From a bacterium (GTDB lineage Bacteria > UBA8248): a stretch of 64,000 bases of DNA. A program made the translations under genes and the position numbers. The notes beneath the pieces are model-generated. The model saw nothing but the letters and a program-made list of their open reading frames with translations. It was not told the origin of the DNA and made no database searches. The stretch's first letter is position 1; each line of letters starts with the position of its first letter. The stretch is taken from assembly GCA_963692865.2 (NCBI GenBank), contig OY843592.1, forward strand, positions 3,840,001 to 3,904,000, given 5' to 3'. Below, in pieces: positions 1-9,848 of the stretch.

Positions 1-355
1 GGTAAGGCGCTAAAAGATAATACCCCTCCGGCACGGGGAGCAGGTCGCCGCCCCTCAAGACGAAGCTGCGCCGGTAGCGCTCGTTCGTGCCGATGAGTTG
101 CTCACTGAGACCCAGTTCCTCGCAGAGTTCGACGCCCTCCGGTTTAGATGCGAGGAAACAGTCCGGGCCTTTCTCCATCAGGACGCCGTCTGCGATTTCG
201 GTCTCGACCACGCCGCCGAGTCGCGGTGAAGCCTCGATGAGATGGACTTCCGTGGAGAGATTCTGCGCCTTGGAAGCCTGGAGGAGCCGGTAGCAGGCGG
301 TGAGCCCCGTCACCCCGCCGCCGAGCACGACCACCCGCCGGGCGTCCCGGGTCAA
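1..355 (-). CDS. hemY: Protoporphyrinogen/coproporphyrinogen oxidase HemY (HemG/CgoX), 5' part only, runs off window start
   Basis: Manual translation from TTG at 355 (overlaps hemH TGA): LTRDARRVVVLGGGVTGLTACYRL...IEASPRLGGVVETE...MEKGPDCFL, with the FAD-binding GGGxxG motif; follows hemE-hemH. Confidence 0.85.
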   Translation of the reverse strand, partial: MTRDARRVVVLGGGVTGLTACYRLLQASKAQNLSTEVHLIEASPRLGGVVETEIADGVLMEKGPDCFLASKPEGVELCEELGLSEQLIGTNERYRRSFVLRGGDLLPVPEGYYLLAPY

Positions 356-1314
356 CTTCCGCTCTCCGCCATCTTCGCGCGCACCAGGTCCGAGAGCATC
401 TCGATGAAGGCGGGGTGCGTGCCCACCGTGGGCGCGCGGCAGAAGCGAAGCCCCGCCTCCTCGGCCGCTTCGCGCGCCTCGATGTCGAGGTCGAAGAGCA
501 CCTCCACGTGGTCGCATATGAAGCCGATGGGCGCGAGAAGAACGGCCTTCGCGCCGGCGGCGGCGACGTTTTCGATCACCTCCACCACGTCCGGGCCGAG
601 CCAGGCGCCGGGGGGAACGTCCGGGCTGCTCTGGAAACCGACCTCGTAGTCCTCCAAGCCCAGCTTTTGCGCCGCGAGCGCCGCCGTTTCCCGGAATTCC
701 TCCTCATACGAAGAGGCCCTGGCCATGGAAACCGGAATGGAGTGAGCCGTAAAGATGACTCTCACATCATCCAGCCCGTCCTCTTCGGGGAGGGCTTGCC
801 TCATCCGCTCTGCGATGGCGTCGATGAACCCCGGATGCGCATGCCAGGGCGTTTCCAGGAACTCGGTTTCGGGCGCATCTGCGCCCAGCTCTTCACGCGC
901 CGAGGCGACGGCGCCCCGGTAGGCCTCCCAGCTGATTTTCGTGCGGTGAGGCGCCAGTATGACGCCCAATGCGCGCCGCAAGCCGCGCCCCCCCATCTCG
1001 GCCAGCGTCTCTTCGACGTAGGGCGTCCAGAAGCGATAGCCCGTGTAGACGGGAACGCCCGCGCCCGCTCGCTCCAGCGCCATCTCGAGCGCGCCCGCCT
1101 GTTTCTGGGAGAAAAACGTGAACGGGGAGACGCCGCCGAAATGTTCATAGTGGGCCGCCACCTCCCGGATGCGCTCCGAGCCGCCCGACCTCTGGCCCAC
1201 GATGCCCTCCACGTAGCAATACGCCTCGCCCGGGCATTCCTCGTAGCGGCGGCAGCAGCCCCGCGTGGGGCCGCCGAAGCCGATCATGATGATGGAATCG
1301 AACTTGTCCTTCAT
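352..1314 (-). CDS. hemH: Ferrochelatase (coproporphyrin/protoporphyrin)
   Basis: Motifs GGVSP, RFWTPY, FTAHSIP, FQS, WLGP, PIGFICDHVEVLFDLD; ATG at 1314 overlaps hemE stop (ATGA). Confidence 0.93.
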   Translation of the reverse strand: MKDKFDSIIMIGFGGPTRGCCRRYEECPGEAYCYVEGIVGQRSGGSERIREVAAHYEHFGGVSPFTFFSQKQAGALEMALERAGAGVPVYTGYRFWTPYVEETLAEMGGRGLRRALGVILAPHRTKISWEAYRGAVASAREELGADAPETEFLETPWHAHPGFIDAIAERMRQALPEEDGLDDVRVIFTAHSIPVSMARASSYEEEFRETAALAAQKLGLEDYEVGFQSSPDVPPGAWLGPDVVEVIENVAAAGAKAVLLAPIGFICDHVEVLFDLDIEAREAAEEAGLRFCRAPTVGTHPAFIEMLSDLVRAKMAESGS

Positions 1315-2375
1315 CCGGCCCCCGCTTCCCACTCGTGAACGAAATCGATGAGCCTCTTGACGTTGGCGACCGGCGTGCCCGGCAGAATGCCGTGCCCCAG
1401 GTTGAAGATGTGGCCCGGACGCGCGGCCCCCTGGCGCAGGACGTCCTCCGCGCGCGCGAGGATACGCTCGGGCTCCGCGAACAGGACGCACGGGTCGAGG
1501 TTTCCCTGAATTCCCATCTCGCCGATGCGCTCTCTGGCGTCGGCCAGCTCCACGCGGAAATCCACCCCCGCCACGTCGCCGCCCGCATCTGCGAACGCTT
1601 CGAGATAGGGCGCGGTTCCCGTGCCGAAATGGATGACGGGCGCGCCCTTCTCGATGCCCGCAATCAGCGCGCGGCTGTGCGGCAGGACGAACTCCCGGAA
1701 ATCCGCGGGTGAGAGGCATCCCACCCAACTGTCGAAAACCTGCACCGCCTGCGCGCCCGCGCGAATCTGTTCGTTCAGATAGATAGTCAGCCCCCGCACG
1801 AGCTTTTCCATCAGCGCGCGCCAAGCCCCCGAATCGGCGTACATGAACCTCTTGGTGTTCTCGAAATTGCGCGAGCCGCCGCCTTCGATCATGTACGACG
1901 CGAGCGTGAAGGGCGCGCCGCAAAAACCGATGAGCGGAAGGGCGGGGTTCATCTGCTCCCTCGTCTTGCGGACCGCCTCGTAAACGAAGGCGAGGCTCTC
2001 ATGCGGTTCCGCCTCCCGCAGCCGCTCCACGTCCGAAGCCACCCGAACCGGATTGTGAAGAACGGGGCCTCCCTCCAGGTACTCCAGGTCCATGCCCATG
2101 GGTTGTAAGATGAGCAGAATGTCGGAGAACAGTATGGCGGCGTCCGCCCCGATGGCGTCGAGCGCCGTTACGGCGACCTCTGCGGCCAGATCGGGCGTGC
2201 GGCAAAGCTCGATGAAGGAGACCTTCTCGCGCACGGCGCGGTATTCGCGCATGTACCTGCCCGCCTGCCGCATGAGCCAGACGGGCGTCCTCGCGCTCTC
2301 CAACCCCCGGCAGGCGCGCATGAATGCGGAATCCTCATAGCGAGGCGCGTTTTCCACCGCCGGATGCGCCGGCAT
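1311..2375 (-). CDS. hemE: Uroporphyrinogen decarboxylase
   Basis: PVWLMRQAGRY, DAAILFSDIL, LIGFCGAPFTLASY, QGNLDP, HIFNLGHG motifs. Confidence 0.97.
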   Translation of the reverse strand: MPAHPAVENAPRYEDSAFMRACRGLESARTPVWLMRQAGRYMREYRAVREKVSFIELCRTPDLAAEVAVTALDAIGADAAILFSDILLILQPMGMDLEYLEGGPVLHNPVRVASDVERLREAEPHESLAFVYEAVRKTREQMNPALPLIGFCGAPFTLASYMIEGGGSRNFENTKRFMYADSGAWRALMEKLVRGLTIYLNEQIRAGAQAVQVFDSWVGCLSPADFREFVLPHSRALIAGIEKGAPVIHFGTGTAPYLEAFADAGGDVAGVDFRVELADARERIGEMGIQGNLDPCVLFAEPERILARAEDVLRQGAARPGHIFNLGHGILPGTPVANVKRLIDFVHEWEAGAG

Positions 2376-2574
2376 GAACACCCTCCCGTGCAGCGTGTGA
2401 GAACCCGCTCCTCCGGGCGGGTCCGATGAAGCCAGTCTAATCCAAAAAGCGCGCGCGCGACTATCGGGCGAGACGTTCCCATGCAAAGCAAGGAAACCGC
2501 CGCTCGCTGGACAACGCCGGTTCAGGTAAGATACATAAGGATTCTTGATTTCGGGCGACTAGCCCCGACACCCC

Positions 2575-2649
2575 GGCGCCATAGCCAAGTGGTAAGGCAG
2601 AGGACTGCAAATCCTTTATTCCCCGGTTCGAATCCGGGTGGCGCCTCCA
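2575..2649 (+). tRNA. tRNA-Cys(GCA)
   Basis: GGCGCCA acceptor stem, D-loop AAGTGGTAA, anticodon arm GAGGA-CTGCAAA-TCCTT, T-loop GGTTCGAATCC, encoded CCA end. Confidence 0.97.
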
Positions 2650-2674
2650 ACATCCCTATAAGGGAGACGATCCG

Positions 2675-3310
2675 ATGGAGCAGACGACCACAGCGCCGAA
2701 CATTGAAACCAAAGAAGAGCTTCGCGAGTTCTACGGCCCGGCCAACGAGCGCAGCGTCAGGAAGCAGATGGCGAAGCTCGACGAGCACGCGAAGAACTTC
2801 ATCGCGCTCTCTCCGTTCATGGTCATCTCCTCCGCCACGGCGGACGGCGCGGACGCATCCCCCAAGGGGGACCCGCCCGGATTCGTCAAGGTGATCGACG
2901 AGGGCACGCTCCTCATCCCCGACAGACCGGGCAACAACCGCGTCGACACCATGAGCAACATCGTGGAGAACAACCACGTCGGCCTCCTCTTCCTGGTGCC
3001 CGGCATGTGCGAGACGCTGCGCGTGAACGGGCGCGCGCGCATCACGACGGACCCCGAAGTCCTCGAACCGCTCTCGGTGAAGGGCAGACTCCCCAGATCG
3101 GCGATGATCGTCGACGTGGACGACGTGTACCTCCACTGCGGAAAGGCCCTCATCCGCGCGGACCTCTGGAACGCGGAAAAACATATCGAAAGAAAGTCTT
3201 TCCCCTCGATGGGCCAGATGCTCTCCGATCAGATAGACGAAGACGGCTACGACGACGGAGAGGAAATGGACAAGGGCATCCAGGAGAGATACAGGACGGG
3301 CCTCTATTGA
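2675..3310 (+). CDS. Pyridoxamine 5'-phosphate oxidase-like FMN/flavin-binding split-barrel protein (MSMEG_1061-like)
   Basis: DASPKGDPPGFV, IPDRPGNNRVD, GLLFLVPG, ETLRVNG, YLHCGKALIRA motifs; SD GGAG. Confidence 0.85.
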   Translation: MEQTTTAPNIETKEELREFYGPANERSVRKQMAKLDEHAKNFIALSPFMVISSATADGADASPKGDPPGFVKVIDEGTLLIPDRPGNNRVDTMSNIVENNHVGLLFLVPGMCETLRVNGRARITTDPEVLEPLSVKGRLPRSAMIVDVDDVYLHCGKALIRADLWNAEKHIERKSFPSMGQMLSDQIDEDGYDDGEEMDKGIQERYRTGLY

Positions 3311-3311
3311 C

Positions 3312-4358
3312 GCAGTGGCAGGCCCCTGCGCCTGTCCTGATCGGCTCCACCTTGAACAAGGACAAATAGAGAGAAAGGACAACCACGGGGGGTTGTCCCT
3401 ACGGGTTGCGCACCTCGAAAATCACTCCGTCCTCGGGCAGGGAAACGACCCGTAGGGGGCCGTTCGCGAACGGCCCTTGCCGCTCCTGCATCAGTCGCAT
3501 CGAACCCTCGTCTTGCCTTCCGCCGTATTGCCTCACCCTGAGTAGCGGCGAAGCCGCGTATCGAAGGGCGAAATTCGCGCCCGCTGGAAAGATGCGCTCC
3601 CCCATCCTTCGATACGGCGCTTACGCGCCTACTCAGGATGAGGGTTCGGGGCGCTTGCACGGGATGAGGGCGTCAAGCGTTCCGCGAAGCCCGGCGCCGC
3701 GCGACGGGTTTGATCACCGTCATTCCGGCGCACGCCGGAATCCAGGGCCGACGAGGAAGGCGACAGCGCCGGACAACCATAAATCGACAAGACAAAAACG
3801 ATAAAGCCAAAACCAAATTCCTGGATTCCGTCAAACCCTCCCGCCTTGGGGCTGTTGAAAAACCCTGTTCCGGGGTCGGGCGGACACACAGATCCGCCCC
3901 TGCGTTTCGTTTCGCAGAGGTTGGCAGGTCGGACATATATGTCCGGCCTGCGGGAGGCGCGATGGTTTCGTAGGGGCCGCATATCATGCGGCCCGCATTG
4001 TGAGGGCGAAAAGGCAGGGCCGCATGATATGTCGGACATATATGTCCGACCTGCGGGTAAAACGTGGTTGATGCGAGAGGGATAGGTTTTTCAACAACCC
4101 CGAGAAGGGGTTGTCACCTACAAACAAATTGTCTCTCTCCGGCTTTTTCAACAACCCCGCCTTGGTCGGGTCTGACACCGGAATGACGGCGGGGGCAAAC
4201 CCCTCGAAGAGGAAAAGCGGGTTCATCGGACGGCCCTGCGCAGGGCGCGATGGTTCTGTAGGGTCAGGCCCCTGCGCCTGTCCTGATCGGCTCCGCCTTG
4301 AACAAGGACAACCTCAGGGGGTTGTCCCTACCAGGATTCCTCCTCCCTGGTCGGGACT
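3312..4358. repeat. Cluster of REP-like palindromes and miniature IR-bounded elements
   Basis: GTCGGACATATATGTCCG palindromes, CTGAGTAG..GTATCGAAGG unit, GTCATTCCGGC..GCCGGAATC unit and GGGCTGTTGAAAAA / TTTTTCAACAACCC inverted ends; all recur elsewhere in the window. Confidence 0.85.
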
Positions 4359-4360
4359 GA

Positions 4361-6276
4361 CTAATGCGTTTCTCGTAAATAAACGACCGAGAGGGGCGGC
4401 AGCGTTATCTCAACGGAATAGGGCTGGTCGTTCAAAGGCGCTGCAACGGCATGGCAGCCGTCTGGATTCCCCATGTCCCCGCCTCCGTATATCTCCGCAT
4501 CGCTGTTCAGCACCTCGACCCAATCGCCGTCGGCGGGAACGCCCATGCGGTAGTGCATCCTGGGCACGGGCGTCAGGTTCGCCGCCACGAGCAGCATGGG
4601 TTCATCCTCCGTGGCGATCCGCACGAACCCCAGCACGCTGTCATCGGCCGCATCCGCCGCCACCCACTTGAAGCCGCGCGGGTCGTAATCCCTTCGGAAC
4701 AGGGCGCGCTCCTTGTGGTACATGGCGTTCAGGTCGCGCACCCACTTCATCAGCCCCGCCCTCAAGGGCTCCTGGGCCAAGTCCCAGTCGAGCGCGCCGT
4801 CGTGATTCCATTCGCGCCACTGGCCGAATTCCCCGCCCATGAAGAGGAGTTTCTTGCCGGGCTGGGCGAACATCAGCCCGTAGAGCGCGCGCAGGTTCGC
4901 GAATTTCTGTCCGCCCTCTCCCGGCATCTTCCCGAGCAGGGAGCTCTTGCCGTGCACCACCTCGTCGTGGGAGAGCGGCAGCACGAAATTCTCGTTGTAG
5001 GCGTAGAGCAGGCGGAACGTGAGCAGGTTGTGGTGGAATTTCCGGTGGACGGGGTCTTTTTTCATGTACGCGATCGAATCGTGCATCCAGCCCATGTCCC
5101 ACTTCATGCCGAAACCCAGTCCGCCCGTATCCACGGGTCTCGATACCATCGGCCAGGCGGTGGATTCTTCCGCGATGGTCTGCACGTCGGGAAACCGGCG
5201 GTAGACCTCGGTGTTCAGGCGCCTGAGGAAAGAGATGGCTTCGAGGTTCTCCCGGCCTCCTCTTCGTTGGGAAACCACTCCCCCTCTTTTCTCGAATAAT
5301 CGAGGTAGAGCATCGAGGCCACGCCGTCGACGCGAAGCCCGTCGGCGTGGAAATACTCCAGCCAGTACATGGCGCTGCTTATCAGGAAGGCGGCCACCTC
5401 GTTACGCCCGTAATTGAAGATGTGGCTTTGCCAGTCCGGGTGAAATCCCCGCCTGGGGTCGGCGTGCTCGTAGAGATGGGTGCCGTCGAAATAGCCCAGC
5501 CCGTGCCCGTCCGTGGGGAAGTGGGAGGGCACCCAGTCGAGTATCACGCCCAGGCCGCGCTGGTGGAGATAATCGATGAGATACATCAGATCCTGAGGGG
5601 TTCCGAAGCGGCTCGTGGGAGCGAAGTAGCCCGTGATCTGATACCCCCATGAACCGTTGAAGGGGTGTTCCATCACCGGGAGGAACTCGACGTGGGTGAA
5701 GCCCATGTGGAGCATGTGCTCGGCGAGTTGGGGAGCCAGTTCCCTGTATGTGAGGGGGCGATTCTCTCCATGCGGCGCCCGCCGCCAGGAGCCGATGTGA
5801 AGCTCGTAGATGGAAATGGGCGCTTCGCGGCCGTTGCACGCGCCCCGGCACTCCATCCAGTCCCCATCGCCCCATTCGTAATCGAGACCCCAGACGACCG
5901 AGCCGCTCCTGGGGGAAACTTCGCTGTAGACCCCGAACGGATCCGCCTTCTCCGCCCGATAATCGCCGAACTGCGAGTGGATCCGGTATTTGTAGACCTC
6001 GCCCGTCCCCACGCCCGGGATGAATCCCGCCCATATGCCTGAGCTTTCCACCGGAGCCAGCGGGTGGCTCTCCTCGTCCCAGCCGTTGAAATCGCCGATG
6101 ACGCTCACGGAATCCGCGTTCGGCGCCCATACGGCGAAATGGACGCCTTCCTCCCCGCCCACCGTCATCGGGTGCGCGCCCATTTTGTCGTACAAGGTGA
6201 AATGGGACCCCTGGTTGAACAGGTACACGTCGTAATCCGTGATGTAGGAAAGCGCGGGGTAGTGGACTATGCTCAC
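4361..6276 (-). pseudogene. glgB: 1,4-alpha-glucan branching enzyme, split by a 1-nt frameshift near 5255-5265 (pseudogene or sequencing error)
   Basis: ORF 5215-6276 has [30 protein letters not shown]; ORF 4361-5278 continues [26 protein letters not shown]. The frames meet within the usual W-PN-xGGRENLEA segment. Confidence 0.88.
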
Positions 6277-8411
6277 GGGGCCGTCTCCTCCCGCGCCACG
6301 GGCGGCTGATTACGGCCTCTCAGCAAGACCACCGACTCTCCGGCGAGAAGATAGGAATCGCCCGCGTGAATCCGCCGGTTCCACCCTTTTTCATCGACCT
6401 GGGATGTATCCATCACCACGGTCCACCTCCTGTTTCTGTCTTCCTCGAGGAAAACGAAGGGAATCGCTTCGTGATGCGCGTTCATGAGCACCATGAAGGT
6501 ATCACGATTCCCGGCCCCATGCCGAGAAAAAAGGCGCCTCTCTTCCGCTCCCCACAACCTGAAACCGAAACATTTCATGTAGTGCACATCCCACTCGTGC
6601 GCCCTCAACTCATGGCCCAGATGATGGAGCCAGACGAGTTCGGGTCTTTCCGTCTCGCGCAGGCTTTTTTGCGGAAAAAACGCCGTGCGCCGGAACGCAG
6701 GCCGGGTCCTGGTCCAACGGATGAGGTTCTGGACGAAAGAAAGCAGATCTGCGTTTTTTTCCGCCAATTCCCAATCCACCCAGGACGTCTCGTTGTCCTG
6801 GCAATAGGCGTTGTTGTTCCCCGACTGGGTGCGGCCGAACTCGTCTCCCGCCTGGAGCATCGGCACGCCCTGGGCGAGGAACAGGCTCGCGAGCAGATTC
6901 TTCTTGCGCCGCGCGCGCATGGCCGATACGAAGGGGTCGTCCGTCGAACCCTCCACACCCCCGTTCCAGCTATGGTTCTCGTCCGCGCCGTCTCTGCTCC
7001 CCTCCCCGTTCGCGCCGTTGTGCTTGTGCTGATGGCTCACCAGGTCTTCCAGTGTGAAGCCGTCATGACAGGCGATGAAATTCAGGCTCGCCTGGGGCGT
7101 CCGTCCACCGGCCTCGAAAACGTCGCTGCTTCCCGTCAGGCGCGTGGCGAACTCCGCCGCCTGGCCGAAGTCCGCGCGCCAGAACCGGCGCGCCGCGTCC
7201 CGGAACTCCCCGTTCCACTCCGTCCAGCCCTTCGGGAAATTTCCCAGCTGATACCCCCGATCGCCCAGGTCCCAGGGTTCGGCGATGAGCTTGCGCTTCG
7301 AGAGCGCCGGGTCGGCCGCGACCGCCTTGAAAAATGCGGATTCGGGGTCGAAGCCCCTCCCGCTGCGCGCGAGGGAGGGAGCGAGGTCGAACCGGAAACC
7401 ATCGACGTGAAATTCCTCCGCCCAGCAGCGCAGGCTGTCTGTGATGAGGCGCAGGACCGCCGGATGCGAGGCGTTCAGGGAATTGCCGCAGCCCGTGGTG
7501 TCGACGTAGCGGCTCTCATCCTCAGGATCCACGCGGTAATAGACCCGGTTGTCGAGCCCGCGAAACGACAGGTGCGGCCCCCTGAAATCCCCCTCTCCGG
7601 TGTGGTTGTAGGCCACGTCCAGGATCACCTCGATCCCCGCCCGGTGATACGCCTTGACCATCTCCTTGAACTCATCGACCTGGCCGCCCCTGTCGCCGCG
7701 GGTGGAAAAGCGCGCGTCGGGCGCGAAAAAGCCTATCGTCGCGTACCCCCAGTAATTGGAAAGCCCCAGTTGGTGGAGACGATGCTCCGAGACCCGGTGA
7801 TGAACGGGCAAAAGCTCTATGGCCGTCACGCCCAAATTTTTCAGGTATTCCACCACGGCCGGATGGGCAAGGCCCGAATAGGAGCCCCTGATCTCCTCAG
7901 GCACGCCTGGATGCCGCACGGTGAAGCCCTTGACGTGCAACTCGTAGACGACGGTCTCGGACCAGGGCGTCCCGGGCGGGGTGACGCCCTCCCAATCGAA
8001 GGAGGAATCCACGAGCACGCTTTTTGGCGCCGCGTGGGCGTTGTCCCCGGCGTCGAAATGGCCGATGTCGCCATGCCCGTAGCCGTACATCTCCTCGCAC
8101 CAGTGAACGTCTCCCGAAATCGCCCGCGCATAAGGGTCCAGCAGCACCTTGTGGGGGTTGAAGCGATGCCCCTGCGCAGGCGCATAGGGGCCGTGGGCGC
8201 GGAACCCGTAGGGACGGCCCGCCCCCAGGCCTTCCACCTCCACGCGCCAGACGCCGCCCTCTCGTTCGAGGGGAATCCGCGCCGTCTCCCGGCGGTGATC
8301 ATCCTCATCGAACAGGCATAGCTCGACCCCCTGCGCGTTCTCAGAGAAAACGGAAAAGCGCGCGCCCCCGTCTATCCATTCGGCGCCCAGGCGCCCCTCC
8401 GGCTGACTCAT
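6273..8411 (-). CDS. glgX: Glycogen debranching enzyme
   Basis: VYELHVKGFT, NYWGY, DVAYNHT, DGFRFDLA, LIAEPWD, HDGFTL, NNAYCQDNE motifs. Confidence 0.96.
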   Translation of the reverse strand: MSQPEGRLGAEWIDGGARFSVFSENAQGVELCLFDEDDHRRETARIPLEREGGVWRVEVEGLGAGRPYGFRAHGPYAPAQGHRFNPHKVLLDPYARAISGDVHWCEEMYGYGHGDIGHFDAGDNAHAAPKSVLVDSSFDWEGVTPPGTPWSETVVYELHVKGFTVRHPGVPEEIRGSYSGLAHPAVVEYLKNLGVTAIELLPVHHRVSEHRLHQLGLSNYWGYATIGFFAPDARFSTRGDRGGQVDEFKEMVKAYHRAGIEVILDVAYNHTGEGDFRGPHLSFRGLDNRVYYRVDPEDESRYVDTTGCGNSLNASHPAVLRLITDSLRCWAEEFHVDGFRFDLAPSLARSGRGFDPESAFFKAVAADPALSKRKLIAEPWDLGDRGYQLGNFPKGWTEWNGEFRDAARRFWRADFGQAAEFATRLTGSSDVFEAGGRTPQASLNFIACHDGFTLEDLVSHQHKHNGANGEGSRDGADENHSWNGGVEGSTDDPFVSAMRARRKKNLLASLFLAQGVPMLQAGDEFGRTQSGNNNAYCQDNETSWVDWELAEKNADLLSFVQNLIRWTRTRPAFRRTAFFPQKSLRETERPELVWLHHLGHELRAHEWDVHYMKCFGFRLWGAEERRLFSRHGAGNRDTFMVLMNAHHEAIPFVFLEEDRNRRWTVVMDTSQVDEKGWNRRIHAGDSYLLAGESVVLLRGRNQPPVAREETAP

Positions 8412-8657
8412 CTTTACCTTGCCTTGAAAATTTCACCGTTTTTCACGAACGAACCGCGAGTCGTCGCGACGCATCTGCTCCACAATACGCCATCCTACAC
8501 GAATTTTGTTGTGGTTTTGTTACAAGGGCTTGCCCCGCGCGTGAACTTGCCGACGCGGCATCGGGCCCTGTTTCACCTTTTCCCGGGATAAGCTGTAGAA
8601 TCCCCTCCTCCATCGAAAAGTCGAAACAGCGGAATCCATGCCATAAGGGAGAGCATC

Positions 8658-9827
8658 TTGAAGATCATCGAGGTTCGCGAGACGGTGGTTCCCATCCAGT
8701 CGGACTTGAGAAACGCCTTCATCGATTTTTCCCTGATGACGGTGAGCGTCGCCGCGCTCGTCACGGACGTGGTGCGCGGCGGCAGGCGCGTCGTCGGCTT
8801 CGGCTTCAACTCGAACGGACGCTACGCCCAGCAGGGGCTCTTGCGCGAGCGCTTCATCCCCAGGCTCCGGGAGGCGGAGCCCGAAACCCTGCTCAACGAG
8901 GAAGGCTCGAACTTCGACCCGTCCAAAATCTGGGACTGCATGATGAAGAACGAAAAGCCCGGCGGGCACGGCGACCGCTCCGTCGCCGTGGGCATCATCG
9001 ACATGGCGGTATGGGACATGGTGGCCAAGATCGAGGAAAAGCCCCTCTACCGCCACCTGGCGGACGCCTACCGCGGCGGAGAGTGCGACGAGAAGGTATC
9101 GGTCTACGCCGCCGGTGGCTACTACTACCCGGGCAAAGACGTAAATGCCCTCCAGAACGAGATGCGAAGCTATCTGGAGCGCGGCTACACCACCGTCAAG
9201 ATGAAGATAGGCGGCGAATCGCTCGACGACGACATCAGGAGAATCGAAGCGGTGCTAGAGGTCGTTGGCGAGGGGCGCAACCTCGCGGTGGACGCAAACG
9301 GGAAATTCGATCTGGAGACCGCCGTCGCCTACGCGGAGGCGCTCGCGCCCTACGATCTGCACTGGTACGAGGAGGCGGGCGACCCGCTCGATTACGCGCT
9401 CCAGGCCGAACTCGCCGGGCACTACGACAATCCCATGGCGACGGGGGAGAACCTCTTCTCCACCCAGGACGCGAGAAACCTGATCCGCTACGGGGGGATG
9501 CGGCCCGGCGTGGACATCCTGCAGTTCGACTGCGCGCTCAGCTACGGCCTGGTGGAATACCTGAGAACGCTCGATATGGCGGAGGCGCACGGCTGGTCGG
9601 CCCGCTCGTTCATCCCCCACGGCGGACACCAACTCTCACTCAACATCGCGGGCGGTCTGGGCCTGGGCGGCAGCGAGTCCTACCCCGACGTGTTCAAGCC
9701 CTTCAACGGCTTCGCCGACGGCGTGGCGGTGGAAGACGGCTACGTCGGTTTTCCCGACCTGCCCGGCCTCGGCATCGAGGACAAGGCGGCGCTCAAGGAC
9801 GTGCTGAAGGAGCTCTCCGAAACCTAG
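8658..9827 (+). CDS. tarD: Mandelate racemase/enolase superfamily enzyme, D-tartrate dehydratase-like
   Basis: RNAFIDFS, GFGFNSNGRY, NEKPGGHG, YAAGGYY, KMKIGG, ATGENLFS, PHGGHQ motifs characteristic of the TarD subgroup. Confidence 0.82.
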   Translation: MKIIEVRETVVPIQSDLRNAFIDFSLMTVSVAALVTDVVRGGRRVVGFGFNSNGRYAQQGLLRERFIPRLREAEPETLLNEEGSNFDPSKIWDCMMKNEKPGGHGDRSVAVGIIDMAVWDMVAKIEEKPLYRHLADAYRGGECDEKVSVYAAGGYYYPGKDVNALQNEMRSYLERGYTTVKMKIGGESLDDDIRRIEAVLEVVGEGRNLAVDANGKFDLETAVAYAEALAPYDLHWYEEAGDPLDYALQAELAGHYDNPMATGENLFSTQDARNLIRYGGMRPGVDILQFDCALSYGLVEYLRTLDMAEAHGWSARSFIPHGGHQLSLNIAGGLGLGGSESYPDVFKPFNGFADGVAVEDGYVGFPDLPGLGIEDKAALKDVLKELSET

Positions 9828-9848
9828 ACGAACTCGGGCATCACCGCC

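Noticed and set aside
2575-2649. tRNA-Cys as an integration site
   Set aside because: No duplicated 3' end and no integrase found in the window.
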